Assembly (NCBI GenBank): GCA_963745235.1
Contig: CAVUXE010000052.1
Location: 224,001-288,000, forward strand
Direction of reading: 5' to 3'
Length of the DNA stretch: 64,000 nucleotides
Source: an uncultured Spirochaetota bacterium
Lineage (GTDB): Bacteria; Spirochaetota; Spirochaetia; SZUA-6; Fen-1364
Below the pieces are notes generated by a model, which was not told the origin of the DNA, searched no databases, and worked only from the letters and a program-made list of their open reading frames with translations. The translations under genes and the position numbers were made by a program. This document shows, piece by piece, positions 22,366 to 31,297 of this stretch (positions are counted from its first letter, which is position 1; every line of letters begins with the position of its first letter).

Positions 22366-23205
22366 CTACCCCTCCTTCATCCTGTACACAACCTCGCCGC
22401 TCCTGAAATCGAGCTCCTGAATATTCTTTAAAACGCCCTGGTTAGACAAGAGGTCCAGGACCATGAGGGAATATCGGAGAAGGCTTTCATCGATGGTGTT
22501 CGGTGCAAGCACGGGCACCGGCGACGTGGTGAGGTAGATCAGGAGGTCATAGCTTCCCTCGGGAACACCAGGCCCGTGTGAGACAATCTTCACCTCGGAG
22601 AGCAGGCGCGTGAGAGACGGTGACTTTTCCCGAAGCTGCTTGAGCTGCGCGAAAAGAGGGGCGTATGCCGCGGAGAGCCGGCTGCCCAGGTAGGCGTCTC
22701 CCGCGGGAAGCCCCGAGACCACGGGGAGGTCCAGCTCAGCTCCTATGGAGCATACCTTGAACACCACCCCTTCCTCGTCCACGAGGACCGGCAGGCTCCG
22801 CCCGTCCACATCGGCAAGCACCAGGGCCACCGCCTGCCGGCCCCAGACGGTCATCCGAACAGTGTCAGGGAAAACCTTCTCCACCACCGCCCGCCGAATG
22901 AGCGGGTAGGCCTCGAGGCGTCTGCGTATGGTGTCCGTGTCGAGGGAGTGCCAGTACGCGGTCCCCTGCAGGCCGGAGATGGACAGCAGCTCGTCCTCCG
23001 AGAGCGAGACGTCACTCTGCAGCACGACATGCCGCACGGTGAGGAGAGGCAAGACGGCGTACCGGGCAAGGAGAAAGAGCGCACACGCCGCTGTCACGCA
23101 GAGAAGGATGGGCCGCGCCAGCCGCGCCGCGGCGGAAGGGACGTGGCGGGAATCTGAGGGGCGGCCGGCCGCAGCCCCGTCCCGCAGCGCATAGGCGTTA
23201 GACAC
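22366..23205 (-). CDS. ftsQ: Cell division protein FtsQ/DivIB
   Basis: TM helix, POTRA domain (YPLIRRAVVEKVFPDTV), C-terminal ELDFR; position between ftsW and ftsA. Confidence 0.9.
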   Translation of the reverse strand: MSNAYALRDGAAAGRPSDSRHVPSAAARLARPILLCVTAACALFLLARYAVLPLLTVRHVVLQSDVSLSEDELLSISGLQGTAYWHSLDTDTIRRRLEAYPLIRRAVVEKVFPDTVRMTVWGRQAVALVLADVDGRSLPVLVDEEGVVFKVCSIGAELDLPVVSGLPAGDAYLGSRLSAAYAPLFAQLKQLREKSPSLTRLLSEVKIVSHGPGVPEGSYDLLIYLTTSPVPVLAPNTIDESLLRYSLMVLDLLSNQGVLKNIQELDFRSGEVVYRMKEG

Positions 23206-24304
23206 TGGAGGTCCTCCGTGAAAGATTCACAAGCAATCCGCACATGACAAGCGTCACAAAAAGGGACGAGCCACCGGCGGAAAAGAAGGGAAGCGTAACG
23301 CCCGTGGTCGGCACGAGCCCCACGGCAACTGCCATGTTGAGCAGCGCCTGAAGAGAGATTGCGGCCGTAACACCGAATGCCACGTAGGAGGAGAAGCTGT
23401 CCCTCGCGCGCGCGCTGATCTGGAAACCACGCCACGCGAGAAGAGCAAACAGGATCAGCACGAAAAGGGCGCCCAGAAGGCCGGTTTCCTCTCCGATGAT
23501 GGTGTAGATGAAATCCGAGTGCGACATGGGAAGAGGGCCCAGCTTGGCAACACTGTGTCCGAGCCCCTTGCCCCAGAAACCGCCGCTTGCAAGCGCGGCC
23601 CTCGCGTTCACGATCTGGTAGCCGGGGCCGGATCGGTACGAAGAAAGGTCGAAGTAGGCAAGGAGACGCTGGACGCGGTGCTCCCGCGTGAAGAGCAGGA
23701 GAAAGCCGAGGGTGCCGGTGAAAAGCGTGACCAGCAGGAAATGCACGGTGCGGACCCTCGCCATGAAGAGCATGGAAAGCCCGGTGGCCACGACGAAAAT
23801 GGCCGTGGAGTAGTCGTTCTGCAACAGGATGATTGCCGCGAAGACGCATACCACGATGAACGGCGGGATCAACGTGTTGAGCGGCATGTCTTCCGATTCT
23901 TCGCGCCGGGCGAAATACGAGGCCAGGTAGAGAATGAGAGTCACTTTTACGATCTCGGAGGGCTGAAACGACATGCCGAAAACGGTGACCCATCTCCGTG
24001 ACCCGAGGACGCGCGTGCCAACGCTCGGCAGGAAGGGAAGAAGTGAAGCCAGCAGCGTTGCCAGGAGGATGAGCGGCAGGGCCCGGCGGAACACCTCAAT
24101 GGGAGTCACGGATACGATGAAGGCCGCAACTCCGCCCACCGCGGCCCAGATGAGCTGGCGTTTCACCAGGTAGAGAGGGTCCTGGAATGTCCGCGCGGAA
24201 AACGAATAAGACGCGGAGAAGAGCAGGGCCATCCCCACGCCGAGGATCGCAATCACGAGCATGACCAGAACGATGTCGCCGCGCTCCTTTTCAACCCGCT
24301 CCAT
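23198..24304 (-). CDS. ftsW: SEDS peptidoglycan glycosyltransferase FtsW
   Basis: RRW...FQPSEIVK, SHSDFIYTIIGEE, PTTGVTLPFFSAGGSS. Confidence 0.96.
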   Translation of the reverse strand: MERVEKERGDIVLVMLVIAILGVGMALLFSASYSFSARTFQDPLYLVKRQLIWAAVGGVAAFIVSVTPIEVFRRALPLILLATLLASLLPFLPSVGTRVLGSRRWVTVFGMSFQPSEIVKVTLILYLASYFARREESEDMPLNTLIPPFIVVCVFAAIILLQNDYSTAIFVVATGLSMLFMARVRTVHFLLVTLFTGTLGFLLLFTREHRVQRLLAYFDLSSYRSGPGYQIVNARAALASGGFWGKGLGHSVAKLGPLPMSHSDFIYTIIGEETGLLGALFVLILFALLAWRGFQISARARDSFSSYVAFGVTAAISLQALLNMAVAVGLVPTTGVTLPFFSAGGSSLFVTLVMCGLLVNLSRRTSSV

Positions 24305-24311
24305 GACCTGC

Positions 24312-25385
24312 CTATTGAATCTTCAGGGTCGAGATGCCGAGGATTGCGAACAGGCCGCCCAGGATCCACAGCCTGGTCACGACCTTGCTCTCCGGCCACC
24401 CGCTGAGCTCGAAGTGATGATGCAGCGGCGCCATCTTGAACACGCGCCTGCCCGTCAGCTTGAAAGAGATGACCTGGATTGCCACCGACGCCGTCTCAAG
24501 GACGAAGACGCCGCCCAGGATGAGAATGAGGATCTCCTTTTTCAATATCAGGGCCACGACTCCCATGACCCCACCCAGGGAGAGAGCGCCGGTGTCTCCC
24601 ATCCACACGTCCGCCGGGTGCGCGTTGAACCAGAGAAATCCCACCGACGCGCCGGTGACAGCGAGACAGAAAACCGCCAGCTCCCCGGCGCCCTTGATGT
24701 AGGGGATCTGGAGGTAGGCGGCGAAGTCGGCGCGGCCCGTCACGTAGGAAAGGACGGCAAGCGCAAGGCCCACCATGATCACGAGCCCCGTGGCGAGGCC
24801 GTCCAGGCCGTCGGTGAGGTTCACGGCGTTGGAATATCCGACCATCAGGACCACCGCGAACGGAATGTAGAGCCAGGAAAGGTCGAGGACGGCACGTTTG
24901 AGAAACGGGATGTAGAGCAGCGTCGTGCTCTCGCCCCTCTGGACATAGAGGACCACGACGATGACCGCGGAGATCAGGAACTGTCCGCCGAACTTCACGC
25001 CCGCGCTGATCCCGCGCTTTCGGCGGGACATCTTGAGGAGGTCATCCGCGAAACCGATCGCCCCGAAGCCGATAGCCCCGAACAGGAGCACCCACGCGTA
25101 CACATTTGTCAGGTCCTGCCAAAGAAGAATCGACACGACAAACGAGAGGATGATCAGCACACCGCCCATGGTGGGAGTGCCCGCCTTGGCCTTGTGGGTC
25201 TGGGGAGTGTCTTCCCGAGCGGACCAGCTGGTCTTGATTGCGCGAAGTCTCGCAATGACCCAGGGCCCGAAGAGGAAGGAGATCAGGAGCGCGGTAATTG
25301 CTGCGTACGCGGCGCGGAAAGTAAGGTACTGGAAGATATTGAAGAAGGAGAAGTGACCGCGAAGCGCGAAAAGGAACTTAAGCAC
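24312..25385 (-). CDS. mraY: Phospho-N-acetylmuramoyl-pentapeptide transferase
   Basis: GTPTMGG, NAVNLTDGLDGLA, MGDTG, MAPLHHHFE. Confidence 0.98.
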   Translation of the reverse strand: MLKFLFALRGHFSFFNIFQYLTFRAAYAAITALLISFLFGPWVIARLRAIKTSWSAREDTPQTHKAKAGTPTMGGVLIILSFVVSILLWQDLTNVYAWVLLFGAIGFGAIGFADDLLKMSRRKRGISAGVKFGGQFLISAVIVVVLYVQRGESTTLLYIPFLKRAVLDLSWLYIPFAVVLMVGYSNAVNLTDGLDGLATGLVIMVGLALAVLSYVTGRADFAAYLQIPYIKGAGELAVFCLAVTGASVGFLWFNAHPADVWMGDTGALSLGGVMGVVALILKKEILILILGGVFVLETASVAIQVISFKLTGRRVFKMAPLHHHFELSGWPESKVVTRLWILGGLFAILGISTLKIQ

Positions 25386-26913
25386 CTGCTTTCCCTCCCC
25401 TGGGCGCCTTCTGAGGCGCTTCCCTGGGCGCCTTCTGAGGCGCTTCCCTGGGCGCCTTCTGGGGCGCTTCCCTGGGCGCCTTCTGAGGCGCTTCCCTGGG
25501 CGTTTCGGGCGCGATGAACGGCAGGAGCCTCTCCATCTCGAGGCCTCTGGACCCCTTCAACAGGACAAGGTCACCGTCGCGAAGATTGCTGCCGAGCTCG
25601 TGCCCAAGGACACTGAGCTCCGCGTGCCAGCGCGTACGCTGCGCCGCAGCGCTCCCAGAGAGGGCGGTCCATGCCTGCTCCATCTCCGCCCCAAGCAGGC
25701 GAATGGCGTCGAAATGAGAGTCGCGGAGCGTCTCCCCCAGCGCGCGATGCGCATCCGCTGTCCCCGCCCCCAGCTCCCGCATGCCGCCCAGCACGACGAT
25801 CTTCCTGCCGTCCCATGGCACCTCGGACACGAAGGAGAGCGCCTTGTCCATGGAATCCGGGTTTGCGTTGTAACAATCCATGATCACCGTGACGGAACCC
25901 CGGATGATCTGGGACCGCCCGAACAGCGGCGTGACGGCTTCCAGGCCGTCGCGTATTTCCGCGTTCGGGACGCCCAGCTCGCTCGCCACCGAGATGGCTC
26001 CCAGGGCGTTGGCGAGGTTGTGAGGACCGAAGAGCGGGAAGCGGATCCGGAACCCCTCCCAGTGGATGAGTGTTCCACCCAGTCCCTGGTTCTCGCTTCC
26101 CCGGTATCCCCGCGTGCTCCTCGGCCCAAAGAGAATGACTCTGCCCCTGACCCCTTCCTGGAGGAAGTCACGATACGGCTCGTCCTCGGGGAGGAAAGCC
26201 TTCTGGCTTCCGTCAAAGTGGGCAAAGATCCTTTTCTTTTCACTGGCGATTTCTTCCTGCGATCCAACCAATCCGATGTGCGCCGTGCCGATGTTCGTCA
26301 CAAGGCCCGCATCCGGACGCACGATGTCGGCAAGGACGTCCATCTCTCCGCGGTGATTCATCCCCATCTCGAAGATTGCAAACCGGTGCCCGCTCCCGAC
26401 TCCAAAGCACGCGAGGGGCAGTCCGATTTCGGAGTTCAGGTTGCCCTCGTTCACCGCAGTTGGCGCGGCGCGGCCCAGGATGGCTCCGAGGATTTCCTTC
26501 GTGGTTGTCTTTCCGCTGGAGCCGGTGATGCCGACGCGAACCACCGAAGTTGCGCTTCGCATGTGGTGGCGCGCCAGGCTCTGCAGGGCGGCAAGGGTGT
26601 CCGCCGCGGCAATGACGGCCGGCCCCCGCCCCGCCGGCAGCGCGCTCCAGTGACTGCTCCTCTGATTCACCTGGGCCTCAGAAACCAGAAGCGCCGCGGC
26701 TCCTGCCGCGGCGGCTTCTCCCAGAAACTCGTGACCGTCTGTCCTCTCCCCGGGAAGGGCGACGAAGAGATATCCATCCCGGACCTTGCGTGAATCAACC
26801 GCCACGCCAATCACTGCCGCGTCGGCAGAGGTCGTGCGCACGACTGCTCCGGCGGTTACCTCCGCAATGTCCGCAACGCTGAACAGCTTCTGCAGGGCGC
26901 GCGTCTCCGTCAT
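25378..26913 (-). CDS. murF: UDP-MurNAc-tripeptide:D-Ala-D-Ala ligase MurF with C-terminal repeat tail
   Basis: GITGSSGKTTTKE, EMGMNHRGE, DCYNANPDSM, LLKGSRG. Confidence 0.96.
   Translation of the reverse strand: MTETRALQKLFSVADIAEVTAGAVVRTTSADAAVIGVAVDSRKVRDGYLFVALPGERTDGHEFLGEAAAAGAAALLVSEAQVNQRSSHWSALPAGRGPAVIAAADTLAALQSLARHHMRSATSVVRVGITGSSGKTTTKEILGAILGRAAPTAVNEGNLNSEIGLPLACFGVGSGHRFAIFEMGMNHRGEMDVLADIVRPDAGLVTNIGTAHIGLVGSQEEIASEKKRIFAHFDGSQKAFLPEDEPYRDFLQEGVRGRVILFGPRSTRGYRGSENQGLGGTLIHWEGFRIRFPLFGPHNLANALGAISVASELGVPNAEIRDGLEAVTPLFGRSQIIRGSVTVIMDCYNANPDSMDKALSFVSEVPWDGRKIVVLGGMRELGAGTADAHRALGETLRDSHFDAIRLLGAEMEQAWTALSGSAAAQRTRWHAELSVLGHELGSNLRDGDLVLLKGSRGLEMERLLPFIAPETPREAPQKAPREAPQKAPREAPQKAPREAPQKAPRGGKAGA
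25398..25502. repeat. 24-bp tandem repeat (4 full units plus a partial) in the murF 3' end
   Basis: Unit CCCTGGGCGCCTTCTGAGGCGCTT, with internal hairpin GCGCCT-TCTG-AGGCGC; encodes PREAPQKA repeats. Confidence 0.95.
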
Positions 26914-27200
26914 TGCGCTTGACCCTCTGCGGCGCCCTGCACGACGACCCTCGTGACGTGCGCCTGGTCGGCAGGCGCCAGGGTGAAGCTCTTTGACGCC
27001 TTTTCCTCGACGCGAGCCGGTGAACGCTCGTAGGCGATCTGCGCTATGGCATCCCGATTGGCTTCCAGGAGATCCTGCTGCTGCTTCTCCAGAGCCGCCA
27101 CGTTGTCAGAAAGCGCGCTGTATCGATATCCCTGCCACGCGTTGAGAAACAGGAGGCCGGGAACAATCAGCCCGAGAACGGCCAGACCATACCTCATCAT
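26910..27200 (-). CDS. ftsL: Cell division protein FtsL-like
   Basis: Short TM plus coiled coil (SPARVEEKA); position after rsmH; ATG overlaps the rsmH stop. Confidence 0.8.
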   Translation of the reverse strand: MMRYGLAVLGLIVPGLLFLNAWQGYRYSALSDNVAALEKQQQDLLEANRDAIAQIAYERSPARVEEKASKSFTLAPADQAHVTRVVVQGAAEGQAQ

Positions 27201-28189
27201 GCACCCTCCGTGGGCGGACGCCTGGGCGTCACTTCGCGAAGCCCTAGGGGCTTCACTTCGCGAGGCCCCAGGGGCTTCTCCGCCACCCTCAGCTTCGCGC
27301 TGCGGCTGGCAGGATTGCGGGAAATCTCTTCCCCGGAGGCGGAGACTGGCTTGGCGGTGACCAAACGAAGCTCCGCTTTGCCCCCACATTGACAGATCGG
27401 CCATTCCGGGGGACACGTACACTCCCGGCTCTTGTCACGGAAGAAGCGCTTCACGATCCGGTCTTCGAGGGAATGAAATGTAATAACGCCGATTCGGCCG
27501 CCCGGGCTCAGCACGCGAAGCGCCTCCGCGAGCCCCGTCTCCAGCTGCTCCAGCTCACGGTTGACGGCGATCCGCAGAGCCTGGAACGTCCGCGTTGCCG
27601 GATGAGTCCGTTTGTGCTGGTACTGTGCGGGGACGGCTGAGGCAACCACCTGGGCCAGCCGGATCGCGCTGGTGATCGGGGCCTTTTCTCTCTGCCGAAC
27701 GATGCGGGCCGCGATTCCCCGGGCGAACCTTTCCTCGCCGTAGCGAAAGAGGATATCGGCAAGCTCTGCCTGATCGAGGTTGTTCACCATATCGGCGGCG
27801 GTGGTCGGGAGATCCTCGCTCAGCCTCATGTCGAGGGCCTCGTCGCGGTCGAACGAGAAACCGCGGCCGCTCGCTTCATAGTGGAAACGCGATATGCCAA
27901 GGTCCAGGAGAATGATGTCGGCCGCTTCCGAGTATTCTGAAAGAAAGGCGCCGTACCATGCGTTGACCAGTCGGGCGCGGCTGGCAAACACCGCAAGCCG
28001 CTGCCTGGCGACCTCGAGGATCGAGGAGTCGGCATCAACGCCGATGAGGGCAAGGTCCGGATACCTGAGAAGAAAAGCCTCGGAATGGCCGCCTTCCCCC
28101 TCGGTGAGATCGATCATGAACGCGTCACCCGGGGGAGGAACCAGGAGCGCCAACACCTCCTGCAACAGGACCGGCTCATGGACGATCAC
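27197..28189 (-). CDS. rsmH: 16S rRNA m4C1402 methyltransferase RsmH
   Basis: HEPVLL, GEGGHS, LDMRL, HPATRTFQALRIAVN, FHSLEDRIVK, NPASRSAKLR. Confidence 0.97.
   Translation of the reverse strand: MIVHEPVLLQEVLALLVPPPGDAFMIDLTEGEGGHSEAFLLRYPDLALIGVDADSSILEVARQRLAVFASRARLVNAWYGAFLSEYSEAADIILLDLGISRFHYEASGRGFSFDRDEALDMRLSEDLPTTAADMVNNLDQAELADILFRYGEERFARGIAARIVRQREKAPITSAIRLAQVVASAVPAQYQHKRTHPATRTFQALRIAVNRELEQLETGLAEALRVLSPGGRIGVITFHSLEDRIVKRFFRDKSRECTCPPEWPICQCGGKAELRLVTAKPVSASGEEISRNPASRSAKLRVAEKPLGPREVKPLGLREVTPRRPPTEGA
27229..27276. repeat. Two 24-bp palindromic tandem units in the rsmH 3' end
   Basis: TCACTTCGCGAAGCCCTAGGGGCT / TCACTTCGCGAGGCCCCAGGGGCT; encodes KPLGxREV twice. Confidence 0.8.
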
Positions 28190-28626
28190 AGCGCGATCCT
28201 CCCGCCCAGCTCCTCGGCGGCTTCCTTGAACTTCGCCTCATTCTCCTGGAGGTAGGTCTGGTACGCTGTTTCCGACCAGACTTCGATGTATTTCTTGAGC
28301 CCGAGAATGAGGCACTCCTTTCTCAGATCAGCATATTCCCGCAAGGTCTGGGGTATGACAATCCTCCCCGCCTTGTCTATTTCGGTTTCCTGTGCTGGAG
28401 CGATCAACCGTCGCTGGATCAGGCGCGACTGGGCCTGCAGCAGCGACGTCGAGCCGACTAGGTTCTCGGAAAATGTCTTCCATTCTTCAGGGGGAAAGAG
28501 CCAGAGGCAGTTTTCCACACCACGGGTGAGGATCACGACGTTACCGAGCACTTCCGTTCTCATGCGAGCTGGTATGAGCAACCGTCCCTTTTCGTCCAGC
28601 GAGCAGCGGAATTCCCCTGTAATCAT
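28186..28626 (-). CDS. mraZ: Division/cell wall cluster repressor MraZ
   Basis: Two DxKGR/DKAGRI motifs; first gene of the dcw cluster; ATG at 28626 preceded by GGAG. Confidence 0.97.
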   Translation of the reverse strand: MITGEFRCSLDEKGRLLIPARMRTEVLGNVVILTRGVENCLWLFPPEEWKTFSENLVGSTSLLQAQSRLIQRRLIAPAQETEIDKAGRIVIPQTLREYADLRKECLILGLKKYIEVWSETAYQTYLQENEAKFKEAAEELGGRIAL

Positions 28627-28635
28627 GGCCTCTCC

Positions 28636-28673
28636 TACCACATTTTCCTAAAACTTCCCACTTTTTCCCACCT
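28636..28673 (-). promoter_or_regulatory. Putative MraZ-binding direct repeats
   Basis: Minus strand GTGGGAAAAAGTGGGAAGTTTTAGGAAAATGTGGT, i.e. GTGG/TGGG boxes at about 10-bp spacing, like described MraZ operators. Confidence 0.75.
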
Positions 28674-28683
28674 CCAGCTGCAG

Positions 28684-28711
28684 ATAATACCCCCAAAGGA
28701 CCGGATGTCAA
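28684..28711 (-). promoter_or_regulatory. Sigma70-type promoter of the mraZ/dcw operon
   Basis: Minus strand TTGACA-N16-TATTAT immediately upstream of the MraZ boxes. Confidence 0.7.
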
Positions 28712-28842
28712 CCAGAGTCGCGTCACAAAAATCAGGGATTTTGGAAAAAATTATCGGAACTATTTAACAGATGTTGAGTAGATCACCTAAAATTGACTCG
28801 CATGCACAAAGCAGGGTATCCTGGGCACGGAGTAAACAGCCC

Positions 28843-29130
28843 GTGCCCCTCTACCGCGTTCACTTCAAATGGAAGGAAAAGGACGTCGAGCTCATGGCCA
28901 AGAGCCTTGACCTGACGCACCCGTACTTTGTGTCCATCCGCGACCTCGTGTTTCCAACGGAGCAGAAGCTGGTCATCAACCCCTCGGAGGAAGAGATTCG
29001 GCGCACCTTCGGCCGCGCGGACCATCTGATGATCCCATTCCAGACCGTCAGCCTGATCGAAGAGCTCACGGAGGATGCCGTTGGGAAAGTGATGCCTTTT
29101 CGCCTGGCAGATGATGAGGACCCGGAGTAG
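28843..29130 (+). CDS. DUF1820-family protein
   Basis: LYRVHF...LVINPSEEEIRRTF...LMIP pattern recalled for DUF1820; GTG start preceded by GGAG. Confidence 0.65.
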   Translation: MPLYRVHFKWKEKDVELMAKSLDLTHPYFVSIRDLVFPTEQKLVINPSEEEIRRTFGRADHLMIPFQTVSLIEELTEDAVGKVMPFRLADDEDPE

Positions 29131-29139
29131 CCGCCGGGA

Positions 29140-29424
29140 TTGAACGGCGTCCGGATCGAGGGTAAGATCCCGGCGGTGTTGCGGACCATCATGATTTCGT
29201 ACCCGGAAGGGGACGAAAAGGAAATAGAGCACGAGCTGCGCGTGAACCAGCTGGTGGACCTCAACGGAAGACCTCTTCCCCTCCCCTTGCCGACATCGCG
29301 AATGATCGTGTACAGGGTGTGGAAGGTCTCCACCCGGCAGGAGAGGCATACCGAAGAGGTTACCTACCACCTGGAGCTCGTCACTCGGCCCGAGCTCGAA
29401 GCTATCGGAAGAGGGAGGAGGTGA
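29140..29424 (+). CDS. Small hypothetical protein
   Basis: ORF packed between its neighbours with coding-like codon usage; start uncertain. Confidence 0.6.
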   Translation: MNGVRIEGKIPAVLRTIMISYPEGDEKEIEHELRVNQLVDLNGRPLPLPLPTSRMIVYRVWKVSTRQERHTEEVTYHLELVTRPELEAIGRGRR

Positions 29425-29425
29425 C

Positions 29426-29731
29426 ATGTTCTCACAGAGGGAACCTTCACGGGAAGAAATTGTCCTTGCGGTCCAGGGTCCGCTTTCAGGAGAAACAACG
29501 CCTGAGTTTCAAACCAGGATGGAGGAGCTGACGGCCGGACGCTACCTGACAATCACCCTGGACTTCTCCGAGACGCCGTCAATCAACTCTTCCGCGCTCG
29601 GCAAGATCCTGCTTTTCCGCAAGAAGCTCGCGGAGGGAGGACGGACCCTGCAGATAGTCGGCTGCAGTGACCCGCTCTTCAAGACGTTTCAGATGATCAA
29701 GTTCGACAAGCTGGTGACGATCAGGAAGTAG
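29426..29731 (+). CDS. STAS-domain anti-anti-sigma factor
   Basis: About 100 aa, ITLDFSETPSINSSALG phosphoacceptor motif, strong RBS GGAGG. Confidence 0.85.
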   Translation: MFSQREPSREEIVLAVQGPLSGETTPEFQTRMEELTAGRYLTITLDFSETPSINSSALGKILLFRKKLAEGGRTLQIVGCSDPLFKTFQMIKFDKLVTIRK

Positions 29732-29733
29732 CC

Positions 29734-31221
29734 CTAGGGGTGCTCACCCCGCTTCTCGAAACCGTTCCTGAGGCTCGCAACCAGCTCAAGGAATTGCGCC
29801 TGCGTCTGAATGCCGAAGTCCCCCAGGACTGACTGGTCCAGCTGCTGATAGGTGATCAGCCCCTCCTCCAGATCGCAGATGGAGGTGGCAAGGTAGACGG
29901 AGAACACAATGCTCCTGTGCCTTCCGCTTGCCAGCAGGGGATCATGGTGGTAGCGGATCCCCTCCACGAGCTGGTCGGGGAAGTTCCATTTCTGGGCGAT
30001 CAAGGCGCCGATATCGGCGTGCTTCATGCCGAATGAGAACTTCTCGAAAACCCAGGAGGGGATGTTCTTCTCCGCGCAGAACCGTCGCATCTTCTCCCGT
30101 GTGTCGGGATGGAGTGTCGCGATGGCAATGAACCCAAGGTCATGAAGAATGCCGGCAACGTACGCGTCGTCGAGGATTTCCGGCTGACGCTTCACGTCCC
30201 TGGCCAGGAGAAGGGCGTAGTGCGCCGTTCGCAGAGAATGCTCCCAGAGCGACCTCATCCGCGGGTGATGCTGATCCAGCATGATATGAAAACCGAACGA
30301 ATACAAAAGCTGGTGAAGGCTTCTCAGGCCGATGAGCTTCACGGCCTGGGGAATGCCGTTCACCCGTGAGGGCAGGCCATAGTACGCCGAGTTCACGTGC
30401 TTCAGCAGCTCCGCCGTCAGCGTGGGGTCCCGGGAGATGTGGTTCGCAATATCGGCCACGTTGGCTTCCGCTTCCTCCGTGAGCGTCATGAGCTTCACGA
30501 CGCTTTCAGGGAAGTGCGGGAGGGACTCGATGTTGCGCACAAGCGCCTCGGCAAGCGCCCTGATCTGGTCCAGCTGCACATCCGAGATGGGGATGGTGAT
30601 GGTCGAAACGGTCCTTCCCCTCTCCGTTCGTACGGAGAAGGCTTCCTCCCCCAGCCCGATGCTCTTGAGGAACTGGAGGAGGATCATGATTCCCAGCCCC
30701 GCGCCCTCGGAATGATCGAGGGATGTCTCCAACGCCTCGGAGAAGGAATGAAACGTGCGGGCGCGGGCAATCCTTTCCTTGATGCGCCCCTCCTCCATGG
30801 GAGTCAGCGGGGCGTCATTTCTCACGGAAACGGTGAGCGCCTCCCCGGTCGCATGGAACGCGACATCGATCCACATCTGCCTTTCCCGAAGCACCTGGAG
30901 GAAGTGCGCCAGGTTTTCGGAGAGCTCATTGTGGAAGGCCTTCATGCCTCTTTCGTAGTCTTGTTTTCTCGAAATCTGGAGGCCGTGCTCCTCGAAGTAG
31001 ATGCGTTTTGCGTTTGCTTTCTCAGCGTTCAGGACCAATTCCTTGACGCAGTAGGAGAGAACGTCCTGGATCTTCTGCTCACCCAGCTCGTCGAGGTACG
31101 TCTCCAGGATGCTGTCCAGGAGAGGGAAAGCCTCGGGGACAGAGCCCTCGATCCTGAAGACGTAGGGGACAGAGTTCTGAACTGCCCTCTGTATGTCGGC
31201 GACGTTTACCGGGGTGGACAT
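29734..31221 (-). CDS. HATPase-like plus HDOD domain protein
   Basis: N-terminal KELVLNAEKA (N box) and GAGLG (G2 box); HDOD motifs LPHFP, DPTLTAELLKHVNS, LWEHS, GILHDLG, WNFP...YHHDP. Confidence 0.88.
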   Translation of the reverse strand: MSTPVNVADIQRAVQNSVPYVFRIEGSVPEAFPLLDSILETYLDELGEQKIQDVLSYCVKELVLNAEKANAKRIYFEEHGLQISRKQDYERGMKAFHNELSENLAHFLQVLRERQMWIDVAFHATGEALTVSVRNDAPLTPMEEGRIKERIARARTFHSFSEALETSLDHSEGAGLGIMILLQFLKSIGLGEEAFSVRTERGRTVSTITIPISDVQLDQIRALAEALVRNIESLPHFPESVVKLMTLTEEAEANVADIANHISRDPTLTAELLKHVNSAYYGLPSRVNGIPQAVKLIGLRSLHQLLYSFGFHIMLDQHHPRMRSLWEHSLRTAHYALLLARDVKRQPEILDDAYVAGILHDLGFIAIATLHPDTREKMRRFCAEKNIPSWVFEKFSFGMKHADIGALIAQKWNFPDQLVEGIRYHHDPLLASGRHRSIVFSVYLATSICDLEEGLITYQQLDQSVLGDFGIQTQAQFLELVASLRNGFEKRGEHP

Positions 31222-31297
31222 TCTTGCTGCTCTCGGGAACTATCATACTCAATGTGGCGGGATGCCGGCCAGTGAGAATCCCTTTCGGCGCAAAGGT

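Noticed and set aside
25398-25502. CRISPR array
   Set aside because: Palindromic 24-bp units are directly adjacent with no unique spacers, lie in frame within murF, and no cas genes are nearby.
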